Of a stretch of 64,000 bases of DNA, positions 40,779 to 51,488 are shown piece after piece. Made by a program: the position numbers and the translations under genes. Origin of the DNA: an uncultured delta proteobacterium (GTDB taxonomy: Bacteria > Myxococcota_A > Polyangia > Polyangiales > Polyangiaceae); NCBI GenBank assembly GCA_963850305.1, contig CAWKKR010000001.1, positions 512,001 through 576,000 on the forward strand, in the 5' to 3' direction. Position 1 is the first letter of the stretch. Every line of letters starts with the position of its first letter. The notes beneath the pieces were generated by a model. It saw only the letters and a list, made by a program, of their open reading frames with translations, had not been told where the DNA came from and searched no databases.

Positions 40779-42004
40779 GACGACACCTCCGCGCCACGCG
40801 CCTCTTCGGCGGGAGCGAAGTCCGCCTCCGAAGCGACGAGCGCGCTCGCTTCCGCGGGTCTACCCCCCAGATCGAATCGGCGCGGACCGGAAGGCTCCCT
40901 GGAGATGTTGAGCAGAATGCCCATTGCGGCGGCGCTCACCATGAGCGAGGAGCCTCCATAACTGATGAACGGCAGTGTCAGCCCCTTCGTCGGCAACATC
41001 GCCATCGCGACGGCGAGGTTGATGAGCGCCTGCAGACCGAACAGAACCGCTATGCCAAAGGCGATGTACGCGCCGTACTCGTCCTCCGCGCGCAACGCCG
41101 CGCGCACACCGCGCGCCACGATAACGAGGAACGTGATGCACAGCGCGAGGATGCCGATGAACCCGAGCTCTTCGCCGATGATCGCCGACACGAAGTCCGT
41201 GTGCGCTTCCGGCAGATAGAGGACCTGAAGCCCTTTGCCCAGACCGAGCCCGGTGCCCTGCCCCGAGCCGAAGCTCATCACCGACTGAAACGGCTGATAC
41301 GCGAGATCCTGGCGATGCTCGGCCATGTTGAACCACGCGAGCACGCGTTCCCACCGGTACTCCTTGGAACGAATGAGCCACGCGCCGGCTGCAGCCCCGA
41401 GAATCAGCGCGCCGAGGAGGTACCCGAGCCGGGCCCCCGCCACGAAGAGGAGCGTGAACGTGAGGAGCAAGAGCACGAGTGCGCCGCCGAAGTCCGGCTG
41501 CTTCAAGCAGAGGAGCATCAGGACGCCTGCCATCAAGAAATGAGGCAGCATGCCGATGCTGAAGCTCTTCACCTTGTCCTGCTTCTTCGCGAGCGAGTAC
41601 GCCAGCCACAGGATCAGCGCGAGCTTCGCGAGCTCCGAGGGCTGAATGTTGATCGGGCCGAGACGCAACCATCGGGCCGCGCCACCGCCGGTATGCCCGA
41701 AACCGAGCACGCTCATGGCGAGCAGCGTCGTCACGACGCCGAGCAGCGGATAGGTGAACGGACGGATCCGGTGGTAGTCGGTGCGCGACAGCGCCGTCAT
41801 CGTGAGGAGCGCGACGAGCGCGTACGACCCCTGGCGCTTCAGGAAATAGTACGGATCGTGGAACGTCACGGTCGCCTCTATGGTGCTCGCGCTGAACACC
41901 ATGACGATGCCGAAACCGAGGAGCCCGATCACGACGGCCGCCAGCACGACGTCTACGGGCCCCGTCCGCGATGCCGACGTTTGTGCAGATCCACCGTCGC
42001 TCAT
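40775..42004 (-). CDS. ftsW: Peptidoglycan glycosyltransferase FtsW
   Basis: Multi-TM; GAARW, QPSELAK, QPDFG, LPEAHTDF, PTKGLTLPFISYGGSS. Confidence 0.98.
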   Translation of the reverse strand: MSDGGSAQTSASRTGPVDVVLAAVVIGLLGFGIVMVFSASTIEATVTFHDPYYFLKRQGSYALVALLTMTALSRTDYHRIRPFTYPLLGVVTTLLAMSVLGFGHTGGGAARWLRLGPINIQPSELAKLALILWLAYSLAKKQDKVKSFSIGMLPHFLMAGVLMLLCLKQPDFGGALVLLLLTFTLLFVAGARLGYLLGALILGAAAGAWLIRSKEYRWERVLAWFNMAEHRQDLAYQPFQSVMSFGSGQGTGLGLGKGLQVLYLPEAHTDFVSAIIGEELGFIGILALCITFLVIVARGVRAALRAEDEYGAYIAFGIAVLFGLQALINLAVAMAMLPTKGLTLPFISYGGSSLMVSAAAMGILLNISREPSGPRRFDLGGRPAEASALVASEADFAPAEEARGAEVSS

Positions 42005-43335
42005 GCAGACCTCCTAGGGTGGAGACGCCTCACGGCGGCGGCGAATCGTTCACCGCGCTCGGCGTAACCACCGAACATGTCGAAGCTCGAGCACGCGGGC
42101 GCAAGCAGGACGGCATCGCCCGGCTCCGCGAGCTCGGTGGCGCGCCCCACGGCGTCTTCCATCGACGTCGCGCGGACGACCGGTACCCGGTGACCCACCG
42201 CAGCCGCGATGCGCTCGGCAGCCTCGCCGATGACCACGACGCCACGCCCCTTTTCCTCGAGCGCGGCGACGAGCGAATCGTACGAACCCAGCTTGTCGCG
42301 ACCGCCGGCCACCAGCACGGCCTTTCGCTCCAGGAGTCCGCGCAAGGCCGTCACCGCGGCACCGACATTGGTCGCCTTCGAGTCGTCGTAATAACGGACC
42401 CCGGCGAGATCGGCGACCAGGGCCATGCGGTGCGCGAGGGGACGAAACCGCTCGAGCCCTGCGCGCACGCCGTCCGCGTCGATGCCCAGCGCGCGCGTCG
42501 CTGCCACGGCGGCGGCGGCGTTCGAGTGGTTGTGCGCTCCGTGAAACGCGGTCCTGGCGGGATCGAAGCGTTCGCCGGTCGCGCGCTCGACCACTGCACC
42601 GTCGCGAACGACATAGTCCGCAGTGGCGCCGAACGTCGCGATGCGCCCCCGCCCGCGACTCGCTTCGCGGCGGCAGACCGCATCACCGGCGGGCACGATC
42701 GCGGTGTCGCTCGCCGTCTGGTTCACGAACGCGTTGCCCTTCGCGCGCGCGTACTCGTCGAAGGAATCGTATCGATCCAGGTGGTCTTCGGTGATGTTCA
42801 GCAGGACGCTCGCGACGGGGTGGAATGTCGGCGCGCGCTCGAGCTGAAAGCTCGATACCTCGACGACGAGGACGTCGAACGCGCTGCCGACGGCCTCCGA
42901 GAGCGGGATGCCGAGATTTCCACCGGCGAACGTCCTCTTGCCTGCCGCATCGAAGACCGCAGCCACGGCCGTGGTGACGGTGCTCTTCCCGTTCGTGCCT
43001 CCGACCGCGACGATCTGTCCCTCGACGAAGCGCGCGGCGAGGTCGAGCTCCCCGATGACCTCGGCTCCGTGCGCGGCCGCGCGATCGAGCCCCGCGAACG
43101 CGGCCACGCCGGGCGAAACGACGACGACGTCCGCGAGCTCGAAGCGCACTCCATCGTGTCCGCCGGCGCACAGCTCCATGGGCAGCGCGCGGGCTTCCAG
43201 GGACAGCTCCGCGGCGGGCCGCGCGTCCGTTGCTGTTACGCTTGCCCCGCGAGCCAGGCAGAGCCGCGACGCGGCGATGCCACTCCGGCCGAGCCCGACC
43301 ACAACGACGTTTTTTCCGGCGAGCTCCATCATCAC
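42001..43335 (-). CDS. murD: UDP-MurNAc-L-Ala--D-glutamate ligase
   Basis: GLGRSG, VSPG, GTNGKSTV, GGNLG, EVSSFQL, DHLDRY, DDSKATN, PACSSFDMF. Confidence 0.98.
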   Translation of the reverse strand: MMMELAGKNVVVVGLGRSGIAASRLCLARGASVTATDARPAAELSLEARALPMELCAGGHDGVRFELADVVVVSPGVAAFAGLDRAAAHGAEVIGELDLAARFVEGQIVAVGGTNGKSTVTTAVAAVFDAAGKRTFAGGNLGIPLSEAVGSAFDVLVVEVSSFQLERAPTFHPVASVLLNITEDHLDRYDSFDEYARAKGNAFVNQTASDTAIVPAGDAVCRREASRGRGRIATFGATADYVVRDGAVVERATGERFDPARTAFHGAHNHSNAAAAVAATRALGIDADGVRAGLERFRPLAHRMALVADLAGVRYYDDSKATNVGAAVTALRGLLERKAVLVAGGRDKLGSYDSLVAALEEKGRGVVVIGEAAERIAAAVGHRVPVVRATSMEDAVGRATELAEPGDAVLLAPACSSFDMFGGYAERGERFAAAVRRLHPRRSA

Positions 43336-44462
43336 CTGAGCTTCAGCGAGGCGAGCGCGACGAGCGCGAGCAGTATGGAAATGATCCAGAACCGCACGAT
43401 GATCCGGGGTTCCGGCCAGCCCTTCTTCTCGAAGTGATGATGGATCGGCGCCATCAGGAAGACGCGGCGCCCGAACATCTTGAACGAGATGACCTGCGTG
43501 ATGACGCTCACCGCCTCGACGAAGAAGATCCCGCCGATGAGGACGCTCAGGAGCTCGTTCTTGGTGAGCACGGCGAGCATGCCGAGCCCACCGCCGAGCG
43601 CCAGCGATCCGACGTCCCCCATGAAGACCTGCGCCGGGTAGGTATTGTACCAGAGAAAGCCGATTCCAGCGCCGATCACGGATGCCGCGAAGATCGCGAG
43701 CTCGCCCATCCCCGGGATGCCGGGGATGTCCAGATACTGAGCCAGCGGACGCCCGAACAAGATGAGGCCAGCGATGTACGACCAGAGCAGATACGTGCCG
43801 GCGTTGATCATCACGGGGCCGATGGCGAGACCATCGAGACCGTCGGTGAGATTGACCGCATTGCTCGTGGCGACCACGACGAACACCGCGAAGATCACGT
43901 AAAGCCAGAGCGGCAGCTCGATGGGGTGCTTCGCGAAAGCGACGAACGGCACGGACAGACGCGTTCGAATCGGGAGCCAGCCCACAGGCATCGCGGGTTC
44001 GTAGAGAAAGCAGTACCCCACGGCGCCAGCGCCCACGAGGGTCTGCCCGATGAGCTTGTAGCGGCCGGAGAGACCTCCGCTGCTCTTCTTGACGAGCTTC
44101 ATCCGGTCGTCGAAGTAACCGATCGCGCCGTAACCGGCGGTCAGCCCCGCCGTCGCAAGAACGAACGAGTTATGGACGTCGGCCCAAAGCACCGTCGGCA
44201 CCAGCACGCACAGGAGAATGAGTGCGCCCCCCATCGTCGGAGTGCCCGCCTTCTTGTAATGAGATTCGGGCCCATCTTTTCTTACGACCTGGCCAATCTG
44301 CTTTTTCTGCAGCTCGCGGATGAACCACGGCGCGAGCCAGAACGAAAGAAACATCGCCGTGATCGTCGCCATGATCACGCGAAACGGGACGTATCGGAGC
44401 ACGTTCAGCACGCCGGCCCAGCCAAACTTGCCGGACAGGGGAAACAGCAGTTCGTAGATCAC
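43332..44462 (-). CDS. mraY: Phospho-N-acetylmuramoyl-pentapeptide transferase
   Basis: KAGTPTMGG, NAVNLTDGLDGL, FMGDVGS, MAPIHHHFE. Confidence 0.99.
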   Translation of the reverse strand: MIYELLFPLSGKFGWAGVLNVLRYVPFRVIMATITAMFLSFWLAPWFIRELQKKQIGQVVRKDGPESHYKKAGTPTMGGALILLCVLVPTVLWADVHNSFVLATAGLTAGYGAIGYFDDRMKLVKKSSGGLSGRYKLIGQTLVGAGAVGYCFLYEPAMPVGWLPIRTRLSVPFVAFAKHPIELPLWLYVIFAVFVVVATSNAVNLTDGLDGLAIGPVMINAGTYLLWSYIAGLILFGRPLAQYLDIPGIPGMGELAIFAASVIGAGIGFLWYNTYPAQVFMGDVGSLALGGGLGMLAVLTKNELLSVLIGGIFFVEAVSVITQVISFKMFGRRVFLMAPIHHHFEKKGWPEPRIIVRFWIISILLALVALASLKLR

Positions 44463-45905
44463 GCCGCCCTGCCCTTCGCGCGAACGAGCGCATCGACGAC
44501 TTGCTCGGCGCGGACGCCCCGAGACGCCTTGACGAGCACGATGTCGCCAGGGCGGACGCGGGCGATGACCTCGGACGTCGCGCCCACCGCGTCGACGGCG
44601 AACGCCGCGTCCACTCCCTGCGCAATCGCGGGTGCCACGAAGCGCTCGGCATCGCCACCCACGGCGACGAGGGCCGCGGCTCCGCTCTCGGCGATGTCAC
44701 GAGCGAGCCGTTCATGCTCCAGCCGCGACTCGCTGCCGAGCTCACGCATCTCTCCGAGCACCAGGACGAGCCGCGCCGAGCGGTCGTCGGCGATTCTCGC
44801 GGGCCACCGTCATCGCAGCCCGGACGCTCGCGGGATTGGCGTTATACGTGTCGTCGAGCACGACCGTGCGATCGAGGAGCTCGATGGGACGAAGCCGTCC
44901 GGGCTCGCCGAGCGGACCTTTACGGAACGCGGCAACGAGCCGCTCCTCGGGCACGACGCGAGCTGCAACGCGATCCGCAACGGCAACGGCCGCGGCGATG
45001 GCGAGCGCTCCGGGCAAACCAAGGAGAGGACACTCGACGACTATCGTTTCGCGGTTCTTGCCCCGCGGCCGATCGATCGCCACACGGCTTCCCGAGAGCC
45101 CCACCGCTTCCCGGCGAGCGATGCGATAGTCGGCGGCGCCACGCGTCCCGTAGGTCACCTTGCGCTTCGAGCTGGCGCCCAGGACCTGACGCACCACCCG
45201 CTCGTCGTCACCGTTGGCAATCGCGGTGCCATTCTTGGGAAGCGACCGGAAGAGATCGCCCTCTTCGAGCTCGATCTCGTCGATACCGCCAAGCCCCTCG
45301 GCGTGCTCGACATCGACCAGCGTGAGGACGCCGATGTTCGGCATGGCGATCGCCGCAAGATCCCGCACCTCGCCGCGCCGGTTCGTTCCAATCTCGATCA
45401 CCGCGACGCCATGTCGCTCGGCGAGACCCAGCAGCACCATGGGCACGCCGACACGGTTGTTGAGATTACCCGCGGAGACGTGGACGGCACCGGGCGCAAC
45501 CGCCTCGAGCGCGGCGGCGATTGCGCTCCGCGTCGTGGTCTTCCCTGCGGAACCCGCGACCGCGACTAGCGTCCCGCCCCACCGCTTCCGATGAGCACGC
45601 GCGAGGGCCCCGAGGGCGGCAAGTGTATCGTCTACTTCGATGGTCGGAACTGTCGCGTTCGACGTAGAGCCGCGACGAACCAGGGCGGCGGCCGCCCCGG
45701 CGCGCGACGCCGCTTCGACGAATCGGTGCCCGTCGAAGGTCTCACCTTCGAGTGCGACGAAGAGCTTCCCCGCGACGCCTCCGCGCGAGTCCGTCGTGAC
45801 ACCACGAACGGTCCCATCGGGCGGTCCGCGCGTCGTCCCCGCGGTGGCAGTCGCGATCTCCGCAAGGGTAAACGCAGCGACGTTCTCCGGGATCGGGGTC
45901 GCCAT
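44459..45905 (-). CDS. murF: UDP-MurNAc-tripeptide--D-Ala-D-Ala ligase (+1 frameshift at ~44794, probable sequence error)
   Basis: FDGHRF, GSAGKTTT, DDTYNANP in one frame; LGEMRELG and LVKASRG in the next. Confidence 0.95.
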
Positions 45906-47413
45906 CAGAGAGCTCCCCGGCGACGACCGAGCGCGCGTCTCGCCTCGACGCGGTCGTCGAACGCACTCTTTTCGGTGGCCGTGATCTGATACGACTCGTG
46001 ACCCTTCCCTGCGAGGAGAACGATATCGCCGGGGGCCGCTTCGCAGATGGCGCGCTCGATGGCCGCCGCGCGGTCGAGGACGATCTCGTAGGGGATGCCG
46101 GCCGGTCGAAGTCCCGCTTCGATCGCGGTCGCTATGGCGCGCGGGTCTTCCGATCGCGGATTGTCGTTCGTGATGGTCGCGCGGTCGGCTGCCTCGCCGA
46201 CGCAGGCCCCCATCTTCGGGCGTTTGGACGCGTCTCTGTCACCGCCGCAGCCGAACACACAATGGACCTTGCCACGACCGATCCCGCGCACCGCCTGGAG
46301 GACTCGACGAAGCGCATCGGGCGTGTGCGCGTAGTCGACGAGGACGGTCACGTCGTCGTCGACAGTGTCGCAGCGCTCGAGCCGTCCCGGCACGGCGGGC
46401 GCCGAGCGGAGCGCGCGCGCCGCGGCTCCCGTGTCGAGTCCTAGGGCTTCGACGATCGCTAGCGCGACGAGTAGATTGTCGAGATTGTGCGCGCCGACGA
46501 GCGGGCTTTCGAGCGCCACGTTTCCCGATGGGAGGCGAACCATGGCACGAACTCCATGTTCGTCCATGCGGGATTCGAGTGGACGAACGTCAGCGGCAAC
46601 GCTCCGCGCCACCGAGAGGACCCTTCCATGCGCGCGGCGGACGAGCTCGCCGCCGAACGGATCATCGATGTTGATCACGGATGCCGCTGGCTCGAGGTCG
46701 GTGAAGAGCCGTGCTTTGGCAGCGGCGTAAGCCGCCATCGAGCCGTGATAGTCGAGGTGATCCTGGGTCAGGTTCGTGAATGCGGCGACCGCGAACGCGA
46801 TCCCGTCCCCACGAGCCTGCGTGAGAGCGACACTCGACACCTCCATGACGAAGTGCGTGGCGCCTCGAGCCAGCGCACGGGAGGCGAGCCGGGAAATGTC
46901 GTCCGCTTCGGGTGTCGTGAGCGACGCATCGTCGACGTCGGCGCCGAACATGTACCCGAGAGTTCCGAGCCGCGCAGCGCGTCCACCCGCACCGTCGATG
47001 GCGTGCGTGGCAAGCCATGCGGTCGTCGTCTTGCCGTTCGTGCCGGTGATGCCCACAACACGAAGGGCTCGTGTCGGATGATCGCGAACTGATTCCGCAG
47101 CGAGTGCGACCGCGAGGCGGACGTCGTCGACGCGCACCACCGGCACCGATACGGGCGGCAGCGAGACGCCTCGCTCGACGAGCACGGCGGCCGCCCCTCT
47201 CGCGGTCGCGTCACTCACGAATCGCGCAGCGTCGAAGTTCCGGCCCGCGCGCGCGATGAACAGGTCCCCCGGCGACACGTGACGTGAGTCGGTCCGCACG
47301 TCCGAAACGACCACCCCAGCGTCCCCGACGACGGAGGGTCGCACCAGCACCAGCTCTCGAAGGAGCTCTTCGAGCGCAATGCCGGTCGTTCTATTGGACA
47401 TGATGGCGTTCAT
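45905..47413 (-). CDS. murE: UDP-MurNAc-dipeptide--meso-DAP ligase
   Basis: GITGTNGKTT, TTPE, NLTQDHLDYH, DYAHTPD, FGCGGDRD, DNPR (mDAP-type), AGKGHE. Confidence 0.98.
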   Translation of the reverse strand: MNAIMSNRTTGIALEELLRELVLVRPSVVGDAGVVVSDVRTDSRHVSPGDLFIARAGRNFDAARFVSDATARGAAAVLVERGVSLPPVSVPVVRVDDVRLAVALAAESVRDHPTRALRVVGITGTNGKTTTAWLATHAIDGAGGRAARLGTLGYMFGADVDDASLTTPEADDISRLASRALARGATHFVMEVSSVALTQARGDGIAFAVAAFTNLTQDHLDYHGSMAAYAAAKARLFTDLEPAASVINIDDPFGGELVRRAHGRVLSVARSVAADVRPLESRMDEHGVRAMVRLPSGNVALESPLVGAHNLDNLLVALAIVEALGLDTGAAARALRSAPAVPGRLERCDTVDDDVTVLVDYAHTPDALRRVLQAVRGIGRGKVHCVFGCGGDRDASKRPKMGACVGEAADRATITNDNPRSEDPRAIATAIEAGLRPAGIPYEIVLDRAAAIERAICEAAPGDIVLLAGKGHESYQITATEKSAFDDRVEARRALGRRRGAL

Positions 47414-49485
47414 GTAGCAGGCTCGAACACGAGGACGACTTCGCTGCCTTGATCGACGATCTGCCCTGGCGGCGGCGTTTGCCGAGACAGGAGTCCCGTC
47501 CCTTCGATGCGAGGCTTGACGCCGATCTCGGCGCTCTTCTCGATCGCGAGCCGGAGAGGGAACCCGGTCATGTCGGGCACGCGCACCTTGCCCGGCGCGA
47601 CGCGCGCGGTCGGCTCCACGTCCTGGACGGCCGGTGCGAGTCCTTGCGATTTTTGCCACGCGGCGTAGAGGGCGTTCGCGGGGTCTGGCGCCCGCGCGAG
47701 CTCCGCCGGATCGGCGTGCTGGGTCCCCTGCGGGGTTAGACCCCGGTACTTGAGGACCATCGAAGCGACCGCGCGGAACACCGGCGCGGCGACGGCACCC
47801 CCCGCGTGCTCGATCATCGGCTCGTCCAGGACCACCGCGATGGCCACGACCGGGTCTCGTGCGGGTACGAAGCCCACGAACGAGGCCATGAACTTGTCGA
47901 CAGAGTAGAGCCCCGTCTTGGGATCGGACTTCTGCGCCGTCCCGGTCTTTCCGGCGACCTGATAGCCGTCGATGGCGGCTTGGCCGCCGGTGCCGTCGCC
48001 TTCGGTGACTCCGATGAGCATCTCCGCGACCGCCCTCGCCGCTGCCCTCGGAACCGCCCGGCGCCGGACCTTGGGCACGGCCTCTCGAATCACTTCTCCC
48101 GTTGCCGTGGAGACCCGCTTGACGAGGATGGGCTCCATCAGCTCGCCCCCGTTCGCGATCGCTGCCGCACCCATCGCGAGTTGAAGGGCGGTGACGCTGA
48201 TGCCCTGCCCGAACGCAGCCGACGCGGTTTCGACCTGGACCCAGGGACGTCCGCGCGGGCGAAGGACGCCGGACGATTCGCCCGGGAGCGGCAGCTCGGT
48301 CGTTTCACCGAATCCGAACTTGCGAAACGCTTCGTAGAGCTTCTCGCCCCCCAGGCCGAGTGCGATCTTGGCCGCGCATATGTTCGACGAGATGGCGAGA
48401 ATCTGCGACACCGTGAGCCACTCGGACGGGTGGGTGTCCCGGATAACGACGTTGTCGAGCGGCATCGCGCCCTTCTCGCAGTAGAGTTGCTGGGTGGGGG
48501 TGATGGTCCCGGCGGCGAGCCCCGCGGCCACGGTGAACATCTTCATCGTGGACCCGGGTTCGAATCGCTCGCTCAGAGCCCGCTCCCGACGCGCCTCGGG
48601 GTCGCTCTCGGCGTAGTCGTTCGGGTTGTAACCGGGGAAACTCGCGAGAGCGAGAATCTCACCCGTATGCGGGTCGACCACCACCACCGAACCGGCAATC
48701 GCCTCGAAAGTCCGCGCGGCATTCCGCAGCTCGCGCTCGGCGGTGTACTGAATACCCTGATCGATCGTCAGTCGAATGTCGTGACCGGCAAGCGCCTGCT
48801 CGTCTTCGATGCCGTCGGAGAGCAAGAGACGACCCGAACGATCGCGGAGACCGCGGAGCTGTTCGATGTGACCTTCGAGCTCCGGATTCAACGACAGCTC
48901 GAGACCGTCCTTGCCGTCGCCGTCCGGCGAGACGAACCCGAGGAGACTCCCGGCGAGCTCGCGACGCGGATAATAGCGACGCCCTTCCCCTTCGATCACG
49001 AGACCTGGAATCGCCGCGTCGCCGAGCGACGGATCGGTCAGCTTCCGGACGCGTTCGACCTCGTCCGTGGTGAGATAATGCTTGAGCCAGCTGAAACGGC
49101 GCTTCTTCAGGATTTTTCGTTCGACCTCCGCGGGGTCGATGCCGAGCGCCTCACCGATCCGGTTCGCCGCGTCGCGCGCGACGAAAGGGACGCGTTGCGG
49201 GGGCACCGCGCGAAGAAGCTCCGCGGCGTCGAAGCTCACTCCAGGGACGTCGACACTCACCGCGAGGGCGCTGCCGTTCCGGTCGTAGATGGTGCCGCGT
49301 TTCGGCGTCACGTGCAGCCGCCGCTGGCGTTGCTGCTCGGCCATTTCTCGCCACTGCGAGCCGTCGATCACCATGAGCTGGTAGCCTGCGGACACGACGA
49401 GCCCCATCCCGAGTGCCAGGAGTCCGCAGAGGACTCCCATACGAAGCCGGATGAACCGCCCGCTCGGCGTCTCGAGGCGGTTCAC
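47410..49485 (-). CDS. ftsI: Class B penicillin-binding protein FtsI with PASTA domain
   Basis: RGTIYDRNG, STMK (SxxK), SSN, KTGT; C-terminal VPDMTG..QTPPPG PASTA. Confidence 0.96.
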   Translation of the reverse strand: MNRLETPSGRFIRLRMGVLCGLLALGMGLVVSAGYQLMVIDGSQWREMAEQQRQRRLHVTPKRGTIYDRNGSALAVSVDVPGVSFDAAELLRAVPPQRVPFVARDAANRIGEALGIDPAEVERKILKKRRFSWLKHYLTTDEVERVRKLTDPSLGDAAIPGLVIEGEGRRYYPRRELAGSLLGFVSPDGDGKDGLELSLNPELEGHIEQLRGLRDRSGRLLLSDGIEDEQALAGHDIRLTIDQGIQYTAERELRNAARTFEAIAGSVVVVDPHTGEILALASFPGYNPNDYAESDPEARRERALSERFEPGSTMKMFTVAAGLAAGTITPTQQLYCEKGAMPLDNVVIRDTHPSEWLTVSQILAISSNICAAKIALGLGGEKLYEAFRKFGFGETTELPLPGESSGVLRPRGRPWVQVETASAAFGQGISVTALQLAMGAAAIANGGELMEPILVKRVSTATGEVIREAVPKVRRRAVPRAAARAVAEMLIGVTEGDGTGGQAAIDGYQVAGKTGTAQKSDPKTGLYSVDKFMASFVGFVPARDPVVAIAVVLDEPMIEHAGGAVAAPVFRAVASMVLKYRGLTPQGTQHADPAELARAPDPANALYAAWQKSQGLAPAVQDVEPTARVAPGKVRVPDMTGFPLRLAIEKSAEIGVKPRIEGTGLLSRQTPPPGQIVDQGSEVVLVFEPAT

Positions 49486-49835
49486 GGCGCGACCTCCCTG
49501 GTTGCCGCAACCTGAACGGCGGCGGGCTGCTCTCCGGTACGCTCACCCACGACCGGCATCGGCCCGGCGGAGAGCATGCGATCGGCCGACGGCGCGCTCA
49601 TGCCCAAAGCGGTACGAGCGACCAGGTCGATCCGCTCGGGGGTTTCGTAGCTAGCGATCTCGAGCTCCAGGATCCGCTTCACCTCGCGGAGCCTTCCGAG
49701 ATGCGCTTGCGCGCGTCCGAGCTCGTACCCGATCTCGATGGCGCGCATCCTGAGTGCCAGGTACACCGTGAACGCACTGGCCGTGGCGGCGACGGCAAGC
49801 GCCCACACCACGAGAAAGGGTTGTCTTCTTTTCAT
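49482..49835 (-). CDS. ftsL: Cell division protein FtsL
   Basis: Short TM plus coiled coil, ERIDLVARTALGM; lies between rsmH and ftsI. Confidence 0.88.
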   Translation of the reverse strand: MKRRQPFLVVWALAVAATASAFTVYLALRMRAIEIGYELGRAQAHLGRLREVKRILELEIASYETPERIDLVARTALGMSAPSADRMLSAGPMPVVGERTGEQPAAVQVAATREVAP

Positions 49836-50815
49836 GGACGCTCCCCTCGAAACGGGCGTCCATCGCGATACCGGCGTGGCTCCGGATCTGGCGAACTCGT
49901 CGCAGGCTCCGCACGACGCGCGGCGCGGAGCTTCGCGCTGCGTGATCGCGGGTTCTCGGCGAGCTCGGCGTCACTGGCCGTCAGCGGCTTCTTCGTGAGC
50001 CGCTCCCAATGGGCGCCGTCCGAGAGCTCGCGTTTGACGGGCCGATCCTCCAGCGACTGAAAGGTGATGAACACGATTCGACCACCCGGCTTGACGATCC
50101 GCGGTAGCGCGCTGAGGAGAGCATCCAGCTGTTCCAGCTCCCCGTTGACGAGGATTCGTAGAGCCTGGAACGTACGCGTCGACGGATCGACACCGCCGAC
50201 GCGCCTCGGACCGGTCGCGCGAACGACTGCGCGTCGGAGATCGAGAGTCGTGCGGAGCTCACCCGCCTCGAGCGCCTGCTTGATACATCGGGCCACGCGA
50301 CGCGAACGATGCTCCTCGCCGAAGCGATAGATTGCGTTGGCGAGCTCGTCCTGATCGAGTCTGGCGATGAGATCGAGCGCTGTCTCGCCGCGCGTCGGAT
50401 CCATGCGCATGTCGAGCGGCCCCTCGCGACGAAAGCTCATACCGCGCTGAGCGTCGTCAAGCTGCGGGGAACTCACGCCGAGATCGGCGAGCACGCCGTC
50501 CAGGGCGGCGATGCCATTGGCGCCGAGCCACGTTTCGACCTCCGAGAAGCTCGCGTGGACCACGCGAGCGCGAGCTCCAAACCGAGCCAGCCGACGTTCC
50601 GCGACTTCGACCGCGACGGGATCACGATCGAACGCGATGACCCGAGCCTGGGCGGCTCGCTCGAGCAGCGCACTCGAATGGCCGCCGCCGCCAGCGGTGA
50701 CGTCGGCGTAGAGCCCCCCCGCGCCGGGGGCGAGCGCGGTCACGGCCTCCTCGAGCATGACGGACGAATGCTCGAAGACGACGGATTCGGTGAGCTTCGC
50801 GGCAGCCATCGTCAT
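49832..50815 (-). CDS. rsmH: 16S rRNA m4C1402 methyltransferase
   Basis: HSSVMLEE, GGGGHS, DLGVSSPQLD, PLDMRMD, FQALRI, SLEDR, NPRSRSAKLR. Confidence 0.98.
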   Translation of the reverse strand: MTMAAAKLTESVVFEHSSVMLEEAVTALAPGAGGLYADVTAGGGGHSSALLERAAQARVIAFDRDPVAVEVAERRLARFGARARVVHASFSEVETWLGANGIAALDGVLADLGVSSPQLDDAQRGMSFRREGPLDMRMDPTRGETALDLIARLDQDELANAIYRFGEEHRSRRVARCIKQALEAGELRTTLDLRRAVVRATGPRRVGGVDPSTRTFQALRILVNGELEQLDALLSALPRIVKPGGRIVFITFQSLEDRPVKRELSDGAHWERLTKKPLTASDAELAENPRSRSAKLRAARRAEPATSSPDPEPRRYRDGRPFRGERP

Positions 50816-51264
50816 ATTCTGATGAGCTCCTCGACACTCTTCATGAACCGGTCGTGCTCGTCGGACGGAAGCGGCGCCGTCGCCCGATCCCAGAGTTCCT
50901 TCGACCAGATCTCGACGAAACGCCCCATTCCCGCGAGGAGCACTTCTTTGCCGAGCGATGCGCGTTCGCGGTAATCCGAACTCACCAGGACACGACCCGC
51001 TCCATCGAGTTCGCACTCGAGAGCTGCGGAGACAATCATGCGGCGAAATCGGACGATGTGCGGGTCGAAGCGGGGAAGCTCCGCGATCTTCCGCTCGAAC
51101 TCCGTCCAGGCACTCAGTGGATGGAGGTGCAGACACGGATCGGACGGTGCGGGCGTGATGACGACTCGCGCATCGCCGTCGGCGAGGACGGCGTCTCGAA
51201 AGCGCGCCGGCAGGCTGACTCGACCTTTCGCATCGATCGTGTGCACGAACTGCCCGCGGAACAT
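50812..51264 (-). CDS. mraZ: Division/cell wall cluster repressor MraZ
   Basis: MFRG..IDAKGR..PARFR, LDGAGRV, EIW. Confidence 0.97.
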   Translation of the reverse strand: MFRGQFVHTIDAKGRVSLPARFRDAVLADGDARVVITPAPSDPCLHLHPLSAWTEFERKIAELPRFDPHIVRFRRMIVSAALECELDGAGRVLVSSDYRERASLGKEVLLAGMGRFVEIWSKELWDRATAPLPSDEHDRFMKSVEELIRI

Positions 51265-51294
51265 GTCTCGGCGCTCCAGTTCGAGGGAAGAGAG

Positions 51295-51359
51295 GGCACT
51301 TAGCCCCACTTCGTCCCACTAACGGCCCGACCGTACGGGTTCCGCATGGATCCTGTCAA
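51295..51359 (-). promoter_or_regulatory. dcw promoter with MraZ boxes
   Basis: TTGACA-N18-TACGGT (51359..51330), then AGTGGGACGA-AGTGGGGCTA-AGTGCC at 10-bp period, matching the GTGGG direct repeats bound by MraZ. Confidence 0.8.
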
Positions 51360-51488
51360 CTACGGAGGGGCCAAATTACCGGTCGATCCTGTCTGCAGGA
51401 CGCTTACCTGAACTCATGCGTAGGTAAGCGAACGTAGGTTGACCGCCGACCCGCGTCGAGCAGGACGATCCATCGGCGCCCGGATGTT

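Noticed and set aside
49832..51319. 495-aa extended RsmH; similar N-terminal extensions of murC, murE, moaB, rpsU and Coq4 in the ORF track
   Set aside because: The extensions overlap neighbouring genes or promoters; internal starts fit family lengths and stop/start coupling.
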